Notes under the pieces: generated by a model | The model's database searches: none | The model's input: the letters and a program-made list of their open reading frames with translations, nothing else | What the model was told of the DNA's origin: nothing | Shown here: positions 20,870 through 30,025 of the stretch, piece after piece | Position numbering within the stretch: the stretch's first letter is position 1 | Layout: each line of letters opens with the position of its first letter | Assembly (NCBI GenBank): GCA_963666055.2 | Contig: CAXWPH010000002.1 | Location: 96,001-160,000 of the forward strand | Direction of reading: 5' to 3' | Source of the DNA: Acidobacteriota bacterium | GTDB taxonomy: Bacteria > Acidobacteriota > UBA890 > WLXD01 | DNA length: 64,000 nt | Program-made: the position numbers and the translations under genes

Positions 20870-22585
20870 GTGAGCAGAGGGCTTGTGCACTCACGTTTCA
20901 CAAGAAATCCCGACAACACCATCACCGCCGAGGTGGTGAAGCGCGGCCGCGATGTGCTGCGTGATCCGCTGATTAACAAAGGCTCGGCATTTACGCCACG
21001 CGAACGGGCCGAGCTTCGTCTCGAAGGCCTGCTCCCGCCCGGGCTGGTCAGTATCGATCAGCAACTGGCGCGCGAGGTCGAATCGCTGAAGCACACCGAG
21101 CATCCGCTCGGCAAGTACATCGAGCTCGCCGACCTTCAGGATCGGAACGAGACCTTGTTCTACAGGCTCCTGGTTGACCGGCTCGAGGAGCTGATGCCGA
21201 TCGTTTACACGCCGACCGTCGGGTCGGCCTGCAGCAACTTCAGCCACATCTTCCGTCGTGGCCGTGGGCGGTGGATTACCCCAGAGCACCGTGGCCGCAT
21301 CGTCGACGTGCTTCGTCAGATCAAGGCTGATATCCGGCTGATCGTGGTGACCGACAACGAGCGAATTCTGGGACTTGGCGACCTCGGCGCCGGTGGCATG
21401 GGAATACCGACCGGCAAGCTTGCCCTCTACACTGCCGCGGCAGGGCTGCACCCCACGTTGACGTTGCCCGTGAGCCTCGACGTAGGCACCGACAACGCGT
21501 CGCTGCTCGACGATCCCAAGTACCTCGGTTGGCGCCACACACGGCTGCGGGGCCAGCTGTACGATGAGCTCGTCGACGAGTTCGTGCTGGCGGTTCGCGA
21601 GTGCTACCCGAACGCCATCCTGCAGTGGGAAGACTTCAAGAAAGCCAACGCGTTCGACCTGTTGCACCGCTACCGCGAGGTGTTGCCGTCGTTTAACGAC
21701 GATATCCAGGGAACGGCGGCGATCGCGCTCGCCGGCATTCTGGCGGCATGTCGCGCCACTGGCACGCCGATGCGGGAGCAACGCGTCGCTATTCTGGGGG
21801 CGGGCGCCGCCGGTGTCGGGATCGCCGGTCTATTGCGTGACGCCTTCGCGCGTGAGGGACTCGAGGGCGACGAGCTGATTAGCCGAGTCGCCGTACTCGA
21901 CAGCGGCGGTCTGCTGGTGAGCTCGCGCCACGGGCTCGACGAGCACAAGCGAGCGTTCGCGTGGCCGGCGCAGCTCACCGCCAAGATCGGGTTGGCAGGC
22001 GACTCACCGCCAGGGCTGGAGCGTGTTGTCGAGCTCTACAAGCCGACGGTGTTGATCGGCACGACCGGTCAGCCAGGTGCGTTTTCTAAGCCGATGATTC
22101 GCAAGATGGCCGCCAACGTCGAGCGCCCGGCGATCTTCCCGTTCTCGAATCCCACCAACAAGAGCGAGGCGACTCCCGAGGACATCTTTGGCTGGACCGA
22201 AGGTCGGGCGCTGGTGGCGACCGGCAGTCCGTTTCCGCCCGTTCAGCTCGAGGATCGTCTCGCCAAAGTGTCGCAGGGCAACAACGTCTATATCTTCCCG
22301 GGAGTCGGCCTGGGGGCGCTGGCCGTCGGCGCGCGCCAGATCACCGATTCCATGTTTACTGCCGCCGCCACCTCGCTGGCCGCACAGGTAACCGCGGCCG
22401 ACCTCGCGGCAGGGGCCCTGTACCCGCCGGTGCCCCAGTTACGGCAGGTCACCCGCAAGATCGCCGAGGCGGTAGCACAAACGGCGGTTGATGACGGGGC
22501 TGCCGACGATCCTGAAGGGGGAATCTTGGCCGCCGTGGAGTCGTGGATCTGGGATCCCGTCTACCCGACGATCAAGGCGATCTAA
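20870..22585 (+). CDS. maeA: NAD-dependent malic enzyme
   Basis: NKGSAF, DRNETLFYRLL, PIVYTPTVG, ERILGLGDLG, LQWEDF, FNDDIQGT, GAGAAG, FSNPT, QGNNVYIFPG. Confidence 0.95.
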   Translation: MSRGLVHSRFTRNPDNTITAEVVKRGRDVLRDPLINKGSAFTPRERAELRLEGLLPPGLVSIDQQLAREVESLKHTEHPLGKYIELADLQDRNETLFYRLLVDRLEELMPIVYTPTVGSACSNFSHIFRRGRGRWITPEHRGRIVDVLRQIKADIRLIVVTDNERILGLGDLGAGGMGIPTGKLALYTAAAGLHPTLTLPVSLDVGTDNASLLDDPKYLGWRHTRLRGQLYDELVDEFVLAVRECYPNAILQWEDFKKANAFDLLHRYREVLPSFNDDIQGTAAIALAGILAACRATGTPMREQRVAILGAGAAGVGIAGLLRDAFAREGLEGDELISRVAVLDSGGLLVSSRHGLDEHKRAFAWPAQLTAKIGLAGDSPPGLERVVELYKPTVLIGTTGQPGAFSKPMIRKMAANVERPAIFPFSNPTNKSEATPEDIFGWTEGRALVATGSPFPPVQLEDRLAKVSQGNNVYIFPGVGLGALAVGARQITDSMFTAAATSLAAQVTAADLAAGALYPPVPQLRQVTRKIAEAVAQTAVDDGAADDPEGGILAAVESWIWDPVYPTIKAI

Positions 22586-22630
22586 CAGGGTGCCGAAAGC
22601 CGCGTTTCGCGGGCCCTCTGTTGCCTGGTG

Positions 22631-23614
22631 CTAGGGCGCGCCGGAAGTCGGCGTGAGGCCGTTGACCTGCCCGTCTAGATCCCAGCCGGGATCGACCTCG
22701 ATGCCCAGATGTGCCAGCGCGGTGGGCACGATATCGACGATATGGGGTGTGGCGGTCAGCGCCGCCGGATCGGCAGACGGACCGCTGACCAGATAGTAGA
22801 TGGTCCGCTCTTCGATCGAGTCATCGCCGTGGCCGCCCTCGTCAGTGCGCCCGTGATCGGTGCTCGAGAGGATCAGCCAGTCCTCCTGAGCGTAGGTGGG
22901 GCGCGCCTGCACCGCAGCCACTAGCTCGCCCACTCGCTGATCGGCTAGCTCGATGGCGGCGCGGTACTCCGCCGACAACGAACTCGTCTCGTGCGCCACA
23001 CTGTCGGTATTGGTCATGTACACGAAGGTGGCATCCGGATCACCGACACGTAGGTAATGAGTGGCGATCGATACAACCTCGGCGTCGGCGGCCGCATAGC
23101 CGACAGCGTCACCGTTGATGTTCACCAGCACGTCTACGATCCGGCTGATCATCGGGCCACCGTCGGCCGTCGTTCCCATTGCCGGCCAGTGGATCACCGC
23201 GTAGGTGTTGAGCTCCGGACGCACTTGCTCGATGCGAGTCAGGAAGTCGGGATACTCCGCGTAGTGGTTGCCGGTGAAGTCGTTGCTCTCGACGCCGTGT
23301 TTCTCCATCCACACGCCGGTCAACATGCTCGACCAACCGGGGCCGCTGACGGTAATCGGCCTGGTGCGAGCATCGGCAGAGAAGGCCCCCGTGGCGATCA
23401 ACGCATCGAGGTTGGGTGTATTCGCCTGCTCGAGGATGTCGACACGGATGCCATCAATGCCGATCAGCAAGACCTTCTTGCGTGCCTCTGTGGGCGCCGC
23501 GAGCGCGGGCGCTTCAGTGGCGCTCCTGCCGGCGCCATCTTGCGAGGCGCTGGATGGCAAGGTGGTCACTGAAAGAGCGACGAGCAGCGGTGCGAGGGCG
23601 GCGCGGGTTAGCAT
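22631..23614 (-). CDS. Alkaline phosphatase / nucleotide pyrophosphatase family protein, secreted
   Basis: Signal peptide; LLIGIDGIR, TVSGPGWSSMLTG, DSVAH, STDHG, GHG. Confidence 0.85.
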   Translation of the reverse strand: MLTRAALAPLLVALSVTTLPSSASQDGAGRSATEAPALAAPTEARKKVLLIGIDGIRVDILEQANTPNLDALIATGAFSADARTRPITVSGPGWSSMLTGVWMEKHGVESNDFTGNHYAEYPDFLTRIEQVRPELNTYAVIHWPAMGTTADGGPMISRIVDVLVNINGDAVGYAAADAEVVSIATHYLRVGDPDATFVYMTNTDSVAHETSSLSAEYRAAIELADQRVGELVAAVQARPTYAQEDWLILSSTDHGRTDEGGHGDDSIEERTIYYLVSGPSADPAALTATPHIVDIVPTALAHLGIEVDPGWDLDGQVNGLTPTSGAP

Positions 23615-23728
23615 CGAACACTCCTGAGCTTTGCGGTTCCGGGGAGCCCATCCTAGTGGATACGCGGTGCGATATGATCGCCCGCACCGGCCCCGGCGCC
23701 GGATTTGGCGAACCGATCGAGGAGAGAC

Positions 23729-24832
23729 GTGAGCGATCGCATAGGCGCCCTGCAGCAGGCGATTGGTGCCGCCGGTGCCGATCTGGTGGTGCTCAATCCC
23801 GGGGCGAGCATGACCTACTTCACCGGTCATTCGTTCGACTCATATGAGCGACTGTTCTTGCTCTTCGTGCCCGCCGACGGTGAGCCCGGCGCCATCGTGC
23901 CGTTGCTCGAGGAGAACAACTGGGCCAGCTCAGTGCCGGGTGTGAGCCAGGTGTGGCTGTGGGACGACAAGGACGGGCCGCAAGAGGCCGCCGCGGCGGC
24001 TTGTGCGCATTTCTCGGACGCTAGAACAGTGGCCATCGAGCCTCTGGGCTTGCGCTACATGGAAGTGACGGTGCTGCAGCGGCACCTGCCGACGATAGAG
24101 CTGGTCTCGGCCGACGCGGCCATCAACTCGTTGCGGCAGTTCAAGGACGCGCACGAGGCGGCGAGTATTCGCACCGCCGCGGAGATTTGCGAGGCTGCGT
24201 TGGAGGAAACGATTCACCAAGTACGCGTTGGCATGACCGAGAAACAGGTGGCCGCCGAGCTCATCGGTCGAATGTTCGGGAAGGGCGGCGAGGGCATCTC
24301 GTTCGGCCCGATTGTGCTGGGCGGCCCCAAGAGCGCGCTGCCGCACGGCGTACCCGATGAGCGGCCATTGGAGGCGGGGGACTTCCTGTTGATCGACTTC
24401 GGAACGAGCCATGACGGCTACCATAGCGACATCACGCGAACTTTCGTTGTGGGCGCCGAACCGAATGATCGCCAGCTCGCCGTCTACGATGCCGTGCGCA
24501 CCGGCAACGCTGCGGGGTGCGCCTGCGCCACCGCCGGAGCAACCGCGCACGATGTCCACATGGCGGCGGCCGCTCCGCTGCAAGCGCCTGAATTCGACGA
24601 CTACTTCAAACACCGTACCGGCCACGGCTTGGGCGTTGACATTCACGAGCCTCCGTCGGTAATGGAAGGCAACCACGATCCGCTCGGAGCCGGAACGGTG
24701 ATCACCATCGAGCCGGGTCTGTACATGGAAGGCTGGGGAGGAGTTCGCATCGAGGACGACATCTGGGTCACCGACGACGGGCCGGTGAGCCTGACCTCAT
24801 TCCCACGTGAGCTTCGTACCATCGGTACATGA
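23729..24832 (+). CDS. Xaa-Pro peptidase (M24 family)
   Basis: ALPHG, LIDFG, GYHSDITRT, HRTGHGLGVDIHE, TIEPGLY, GVRIEDD; GGAG RBS before GTG 23729. Confidence 0.92.
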   Translation: MSDRIGALQQAIGAAGADLVVLNPGASMTYFTGHSFDSYERLFLLFVPADGEPGAIVPLLEENNWASSVPGVSQVWLWDDKDGPQEAAAAACAHFSDARTVAIEPLGLRYMEVTVLQRHLPTIELVSADAAINSLRQFKDAHEAASIRTAAEICEAALEETIHQVRVGMTEKQVAAELIGRMFGKGGEGISFGPIVLGGPKSALPHGVPDERPLEAGDFLLIDFGTSHDGYHSDITRTFVVGAEPNDRQLAVYDAVRTGNAAGCACATAGATAHDVHMAAAAPLQAPEFDDYFKHRTGHGLGVDIHEPPSVMEGNHDPLGAGTVITIEPGLYMEGWGGVRIEDDIWVTDDGPVSLTSFPRELRTIGT

Positions 24833-25206
24833 CGCCGTTTCTGAACGTCCTCGTACAGTTCCTGGGGATCATCATCGCCATGATCGGCATCCTGGCGATA
24901 CGCTCGCCGCAGCTCGTGACCGGGGCGATCCATCACGTTGAGGAAGCTGGGTGGCTGCGCACTGTGGTTGTCACAAAGCTCGTGGCAGGGATTGTCTTGT
25001 TGGTTGCTGCGAGCGGTACCCGCTTGCCCACGTTGGCGCGGGTGCTCGGTGCCGGCATGGCGATCGGTACCGGCTGGGTGTTGCTCGACGCGTCGAGCCT
25101 CGCGTCGCTGGCGCAGTTGAGCCAGCGGCAAGGGACTCTGGCAACGCGCCTCTACGGATCGCTGGCGATGTTCGCGGGCTCGTTCCTGGTCTACGCCTCG
25201 CGATAG
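24829..25206 (+). CDS. Hypothetical membrane protein (about 4 TM)
   Basis: Hydrophobic 125-aa ORF with ATGA overlap with the peptidase stop. Confidence 0.7.
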   Translation: MTPFLNVLVQFLGIIIAMIGILAIRSPQLVTGAIHHVEEAGWLRTVVVTKLVAGIVLLVAASGTRLPTLARVLGAGMAIGTGWVLLDASSLASLAQLSQRQGTLATRLYGSLAMFAGSFLVYASR

Positions 25207-25229
25207 CTAGAGTCTCCTGCTACAGGCGA

Positions 25230-26531
25230 TTAGTCGCAGGTCACCGCGGGCCGGCCGCGTTCGAGCTCGGCGCAGAAGGGAACTCCCGAGCGGCCGGTCT
25301 CCCGATCCACTGCTACGACGCGCAGCCGCGCCCGGCCCGGTCCGATGCCAGCGCCAATACCATCCACCACCATGAACCCGTGGTCGGGGCTCTTGAAGAG
25401 TGTGTTGTCGCGGCGCGCCGTGGGGTTGGACTTGGAAGCGCTGCCGCTGACCACATAGGTTGTTGGCCGATCGCCTTTGTCAGTGAACACCTGCAGATCG
25501 TGTTCGTGACCCGCTGCGTATAGCAGCGGTGGAAATTCGGCGAACGCTGCCTGCAGGCTGTCCACCATCGCCTTGTTAGCGCCGCCCGAGAGGTCTTGAC
25601 CGCTGTTCGCCCCGCCGATCTTGCGCAGCGCGACGCCTAGCACCGGGATAGGAATCCATGCCCACTTCTTCAACATGCGCGTCGAGAAAATCCATTCGTC
25701 AGCGGGGAAGAAGCCGCCATGTGACCCGGCCGTGTAGATCGGATGGTGGCCGGCGACAATAGTCAGCAGATCGTGCTCGGCTGCTTCCTCCAGTCCCGTG
25801 ACCAGCCGCTCGTACACCTGCCCAGGTTCGGCGACGCTGCCTTCATACGCCGTGCCAGCATCGAGCGGGCCCCAAGAGCATCCCTCCCAGCCCTGCACAT
25901 GCTCGGTGGTCAGCAACCATTCAGTGTCGAGAAACACCAGGCGCACTCCAGGTATCCGCGAGCCACTGTCGATCGTCAGGTCAACCCAGACTGGCCCTGG
26001 ACATCCGCCGCTCGGGGCCTGCAGCGAAGCGACTCCCGTGGCGATGAAGCGGTCGGCAGCGCGTATCCGCGCCAGGCCGCGCCTGCCCGAATGGTCCCAG
26101 TCGTGGTTCCCGGGGACAAAAAAGGCACGCGCGCCGTTGGACGCGACTTGCATCTGTGCCCTCAAGACGCGCTCGCCCCGTCGGCGCTCGGCGGCGGACT
26201 TGGGGTCGGTCTCGTCCTCGGCCGGTAGCCCGTTTGTGTACACGTTGTCCCCTAACCAGACAATCGTGGTGCGTTCAGGTGACGCCACCACGTAGGCGCT
26301 CGCCGCGGCGATCACGTTGGCTAGTGCGGGGGTGTCGGCGCCGCCGTCGCCAAGCAGCAGCAGCCGCCAATTGGGCTCCTCGAGCTCGGTGACGGTGTCG
26401 AAGCCGCCGCGAACGTAGAGCGAGTTGCCGCAGGCCGCGGTCGCCAGAGCGGTGACCGTGATGAGCAGCCGGCGGTACCGCTGGCGACGCGGTCGCGGTC
26501 GTCGTGGTGGGAGCTCGGTCGGCGTCAACAT
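25230..26531 (-). CDS. Calcineurin-like metallophosphoesterase, probable lipoprotein
   Basis: TAAC lipobox-like; LLGDGG, LGDNVY, PGNHDW, GHHP, AGHEH. Confidence 0.85.
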   Translation of the reverse strand: MLTPTELPPRRPRPRRQRYRRLLITVTALATAACGNSLYVRGGFDTVTELEEPNWRLLLLGDGGADTPALANVIAAASAYVVASPERTTIVWLGDNVYTNGLPAEDETDPKSAAERRRGERVLRAQMQVASNGARAFFVPGNHDWDHSGRRGLARIRAADRFIATGVASLQAPSGGCPGPVWVDLTIDSGSRIPGVRLVFLDTEWLLTTEHVQGWEGCSWGPLDAGTAYEGSVAEPGQVYERLVTGLEEAAEHDLLTIVAGHHPIYTAGSHGGFFPADEWIFSTRMLKKWAWIPIPVLGVALRKIGGANSGQDLSGGANKAMVDSLQAAFAEFPPLLYAAGHEHDLQVFTDKGDRPTTYVVSGSASKSNPTARRDNTLFKSPDHGFMVVDGIGAGIGPGRARLRVVAVDRETGRSGVPFCAELERGRPAVTCD

Positions 26532-26559
26532 GTCAGGCTCCGGCTTGGTGCTCGGATTC

Positions 26560-27597
26560 TCAGCCCAGGTGAAACCCCGCGGCCGCCGGTCGAACCTCCA
26601 GCGGGCTGCCGGGCAGCTCGCCGAACGTATCGCTGGTGTTGTATTCGGCCGGCGCAACGTCGTTGGGGGCGTCCGGATGAAACAGGGCGGCGAGGTACTG
26701 GATCTGATGACGACCAATCCCCAGCTCGAACTGTCCTCCACCGTAGATATTTATGCCACGGTGGCGGCAGAAATCGTAGGCGTCGAACAACCGCTGGAGG
26801 GTTCCGAAGCGCGAGGGTTTGAAGTTGATCATGCGTGGCTGATGACGCAGCGATCGGATGTCGTCGACTGAGTGAATCGGAGCGTCCCAGGTCACCCGAT
26901 CACGGTGTGGCGCGAGCAGCGCGTCAATCTCGGGCTCATCGTGTGGATCCTCGATCAGCACGTCGGCCGGTAGCCCGTCCAGCACACGGCGGTAGAGCGC
27001 GGCATCGGCCGCCTGGTCGACGGGCGTTCCATGGTAGGCGCCCTTGAAATCAACCACGCGCACCGCGCCAGTAGTCGCCAACTCGTCGATGAGCTCATCG
27101 GTCCAGGCTTCGGTGGCGTCGAGTTTCAGCTCGAGGCCGGGTTGAGCGGCGAGCAGCTCGCGAAGGCGCGGCATCTTGTCGGGCGTGTCCAAATGCAACG
27201 AGGATACGAACCTCAGCGGTCCTGGGCTGAGCTCGAGACGTCGCGCCAGGCTGACGTCCGCCTGACGCAGCGCCAGGTCGAGCGCGGCGCTCTCGAACGC
27301 CCAGCGCCGGTAATCCTCGCTGCCCGGATAGACGGGCGTTGCTGGGAAGACGGGCAAGGTCTCGAGTAGATCGGACAGCTCACCCAGTGTGCGTCGCCCG
27401 CCCAGCGGAAGCGTCAGCCCGGCTTCCTGGAACGCCAGCTGCTCGCCAGGCTCGTAGTTTGGATCCTCCCCGAGACCCTCGTGTCCGCCGCCGCGCAGGC
27501 GCACCACGCTCGTCAGACGCCAGTCGCTGGTGTGGCCGGAAATCTCGTAGCCCTCGATGTCGATTTTCAGCCCGCTGACTCGTCTCCAGGTGTCCAT
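26560..27597 (-). CDS. Enolase-superfamily (mandelate racemase/OSBS-like) protein of unknown function
   Basis: GLGED, WAFESAALDLAL, LKLD, VVDFKG, IEDP, WDAPI, INFKPSRFG, YGGGQFELG. Confidence 0.75.
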   Translation of the reverse strand: MDTWRRVSGLKIDIEGYEISGHTSDWRLTSVVRLRGGGHEGLGEDPNYEPGEQLAFQEAGLTLPLGGRRTLGELSDLLETLPVFPATPVYPGSEDYRRWAFESAALDLALRQADVSLARRLELSPGPLRFVSSLHLDTPDKMPRLRELLAAQPGLELKLDATEAWTDELIDELATTGAVRVVDFKGAYHGTPVDQAADAALYRRVLDGLPADVLIEDPHDEPEIDALLAPHRDRVTWDAPIHSVDDIRSLRHQPRMINFKPSRFGTLQRLFDAYDFCRHRGINIYGGGQFELGIGRHQIQYLAALFHPDAPNDVAPAEYNTSDTFGELPGSPLEVRPAAAGFHLG

Positions 27598-27689
27598 TCT
27601 GGCATCGTAGTCGATGTCGATCGCGCCCGGGCGCGATAGGATTCCGCTGCCTTCTGACGCTGAGATCGACGGCAACCCCCAGGAGCCTG

Positions 27690-28148
27690 ATGGTGACCGA
27701 CATGCGTACGCTGTTCCGTAGGGAGCGGACGTTTATCGGTCTGGTCGGGGCAGTGGCGGTGCTGCGATTCCTGTTGCCGCCCGGCAGGTGGCCGGGCGCG
27801 CTCGAGACCTGGCTCGCTATCCTTGGCCTGTGGCTGCTTGGCTGGGTGCTCGTGGCGACACGTTCTGCGCCTGCGGCCCCCGGTGAGTTCAGCGGCCCGA
27901 TAGGTGTCCAGAACCTGGCGATCCAGGCGCTGATCGTGGTACCCGGGATTCTGGTGGGCACAGGTCGAAACTTGGCTTCGATCGAGGTCGCTCCCCCAGC
28001 ATCCTACCCCGCCAACGCGCTGACGACGCTGATCGTCTTGCCTCTCGCAAGCTTGGCCGTGCTCACGTTTGCGGCGCTGCCGCTGGCGATCGCGCTACGC
28101 GCGCTAGTGCAGCGATGGCGCCGCCAGGCGTCGGGGGCCACCGTCTGA
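27690..28148 (+). CDS. Hypothetical membrane protein
   Basis: Four hydrophobic stretches; AGGAG RBS upstream. Confidence 0.65.
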   Translation: MVTDMRTLFRRERTFIGLVGAVAVLRFLLPPGRWPGALETWLAILGLWLLGWVLVATRSAPAAPGEFSGPIGVQNLAIQALIVVPGILVGTGRNLASIEVAPPASYPANALTTLIVLPLASLAVLTFAALPLAIALRALVQRWRRQASGATV

Positions 28149-28164
28149 CATCATTGGCGAGATA

Positions 28165-28935
28165 ATGAAAGCTCGACGCGCGACCATGATGTGGGGGCTC
28201 CCCCTGTCGCTCTTGCTGGCGGGCTGCGGAGAATCGGCCGAACAGCCGGGCGTCGACCCGGTCGCCGCTCTGGCCGCCGATGTTGAGGCCGGTCGACGAA
28301 TTTACGACGACAACGGCTGTGCCAACTGCCACGGCTCGGATGGCAGCGGTCGGGGCCCCAATGCCGCATACATGAACCCGCCGCCGCGCGATTACCGCGA
28401 TCCGAGGGCGTACAAGGCAGGCATCACCGTGGATGCCGTGGCTCGATCGATCGCGACGGGCTTCAGCGAGGGTGGCGCGGCGATGCCAGCTTTCTCACAC
28501 TTGACCGCGGAGCAGCTTCGACAGCTGGCCAGCCTCGTCGTTTCGCTGCAGCGGCCCGAAGCCGAGAGCGTCCGGATCGAGGACGCGTGGGTGGCCGAAA
28601 CACTGCCTGAGACTGATGTGACCGCCGCGTACATGACGTTGTTGCACGACGCGTCGGAGCCGGATGTCCTCGTTGAGGTCGAGGCCAAGGGGGCGCGTGC
28701 GCGAGTGCATGCCACGCGCGCTCAGGACGGTATGACCAGGATGGAACCAGTGGAGCGGGTGGAGCTCGATGCCGGTGGCATCGTCGAGCTTGCCCCCGGC
28801 GGGCTGCATCTGATGCTGAGCGGCCTGAGGTCGCCGCTGGTTGCCGGCGACGTGGTCGAGATGACGCTCTTTTTCGAGAGTCATACGGCACGGCGGCTGA
28901 GCGTGCCGGTACGCCGGCGTGGTGCAAAGAACTGA
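28165..28935 (+). CDS. Lipoprotein fusion: c-type cytochrome + copper chaperone PCu(A)C
   Basis: LAGC lipobox; CANCH heme motif and distal MPAF; PCuAC H-x10-M-x21-HxM motif (HATRAQDGMTRM...GGLHLM). Confidence 0.88.
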   Translation: MKARRATMMWGLPLSLLLAGCGESAEQPGVDPVAALAADVEAGRRIYDDNGCANCHGSDGSGRGPNAAYMNPPPRDYRDPRAYKAGITVDAVARSIATGFSEGGAAMPAFSHLTAEQLRQLASLVVSLQRPEAESVRIEDAWVAETLPETDVTAAYMTLLHDASEPDVLVEVEAKGARARVHATRAQDGMTRMEPVERVELDAGGIVELAPGGLHLMLSGLRSPLVAGDVVEMTLFFESHTARRLSVPVRRRGAKN

Positions 28936-28937
28936 GT

Positions 28938-29990
28938 GTGAACCGTCGGTGGTTGCTCTACGGAGCCTACGGCTACACTGGCCGCCTGATCGCTCGTCTG
29001 GCGGCTGAGCGTGGCTTGTCGCCGCTGCTCGCTGGTAGGGATCCCCGGAAGCTGGAGGCGATGGCGAGCTCGCTGGGCTTGGAGCAGCGCGTATTCCGGC
29101 TCGGCAAGCCTGCCGCTATCGCGGAGGCCCTCGACGGGATGGACGCCGTGGTCAACGCCGCCGGACCGTTCTCGCGCACGTTCTCCAGGATGGTCGACGC
29201 CTGCTTGGCGCGCCGATGCCACTACCTCGACATCACCGGAGAGATCGAGGTTTTCGAGGCCGCCTGGGCACTCGACGAACGCGCCCGCGCAGCAGGCGTG
29301 ATCCTGCTGCCGGGCGTGGGGTTCGATGTCGTACCGACCGACTGTGCTGCGTCGCGCGCCGCGTCGCGGTTGCGCGATCCGACGCATCTTGACATCGCGT
29401 TCGTGGCCAGCGGCTCCCCTAGCGCCGGAACGTTGAAGACGATGCTCGAGGGCTTCGGGCAGCCGGGCAAGGTACGTCGCGACGGCCGCATCGTCGACAT
29501 AGAGCTGGGGTCGGTGCGACGCCGTGTCCCGTTCGCTGACCGCGAGCGCGACGCCATGGCGATCCCCTGGGGCGATGTCAGCACCGCATGGCAATCCACC
29601 GGTGTTCCCAACGTGCGTGTGTTCCTGGCCTCTCGGAACAAGCTTCCGGGATGGTCGTCGATACTGCGGCCGTTGCTGCGCATGCCTCCAGCGCGGCGGT
29701 TGATGCAGTGGGTCGTGGGGCGGATGGTCGACGGACCGGGTGTCGAGCAGCTTGCTCGGGGATGGGCGCGTATCTGGTGTGAGGCCCGCAACGCGACCGG
29801 CGAGGTTGCCGAGGTCGAGCTGCTCACGCCGAACGGGTACGCGCTTACCGCCGACAGCGCCGTGACCGCCGTCGAATCGCTGCTCGCGCCGACCTATGAG
29901 GGCCCGCCGTGCGGCGCGTTGACGCCGTCGTGTGCCTTCGGTGACGACTTCGTCAGCCGTCTGCGCGGGGTCGAGTGGGTAAAGGGCTAG
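28938..29990 (+). CDS. Saccharopine dehydrogenase-like NAD(P)-binding oxidoreductase
   Basis: LLYGAYGYTG, LAGR, NAAGPF, HYLDITGE, GVGFDVVPTDC, IPWGDV. Confidence 0.88.
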   Translation: MNRRWLLYGAYGYTGRLIARLAAERGLSPLLAGRDPRKLEAMASSLGLEQRVFRLGKPAAIAEALDGMDAVVNAAGPFSRTFSRMVDACLARRCHYLDITGEIEVFEAAWALDERARAAGVILLPGVGFDVVPTDCAASRAASRLRDPTHLDIAFVASGSPSAGTLKTMLEGFGQPGKVRRDGRIVDIELGSVRRRVPFADRERDAMAIPWGDVSTAWQSTGVPNVRVFLASRNKLPGWSSILRPLLRMPPARRLMQWVVGRMVDGPGVEQLARGWARIWCEARNATGEVAEVELLTPNGYALTADSAVTAVESLLAPTYEGPPCGALTPSCAFGDDFVSRLRGVEWVKG

Positions 29991-30025
29991 CAGGCCGTGT
30001 CGATCAGGGGTAACGGTGGCGCGTT

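Noticed and set aside
20500-20870. Long intergenic region before the malic enzyme as ncRNA or small ORF
   Set aside because: No recognisable RNA motif, repeat or credible ORF; consistent with divergent promoters.
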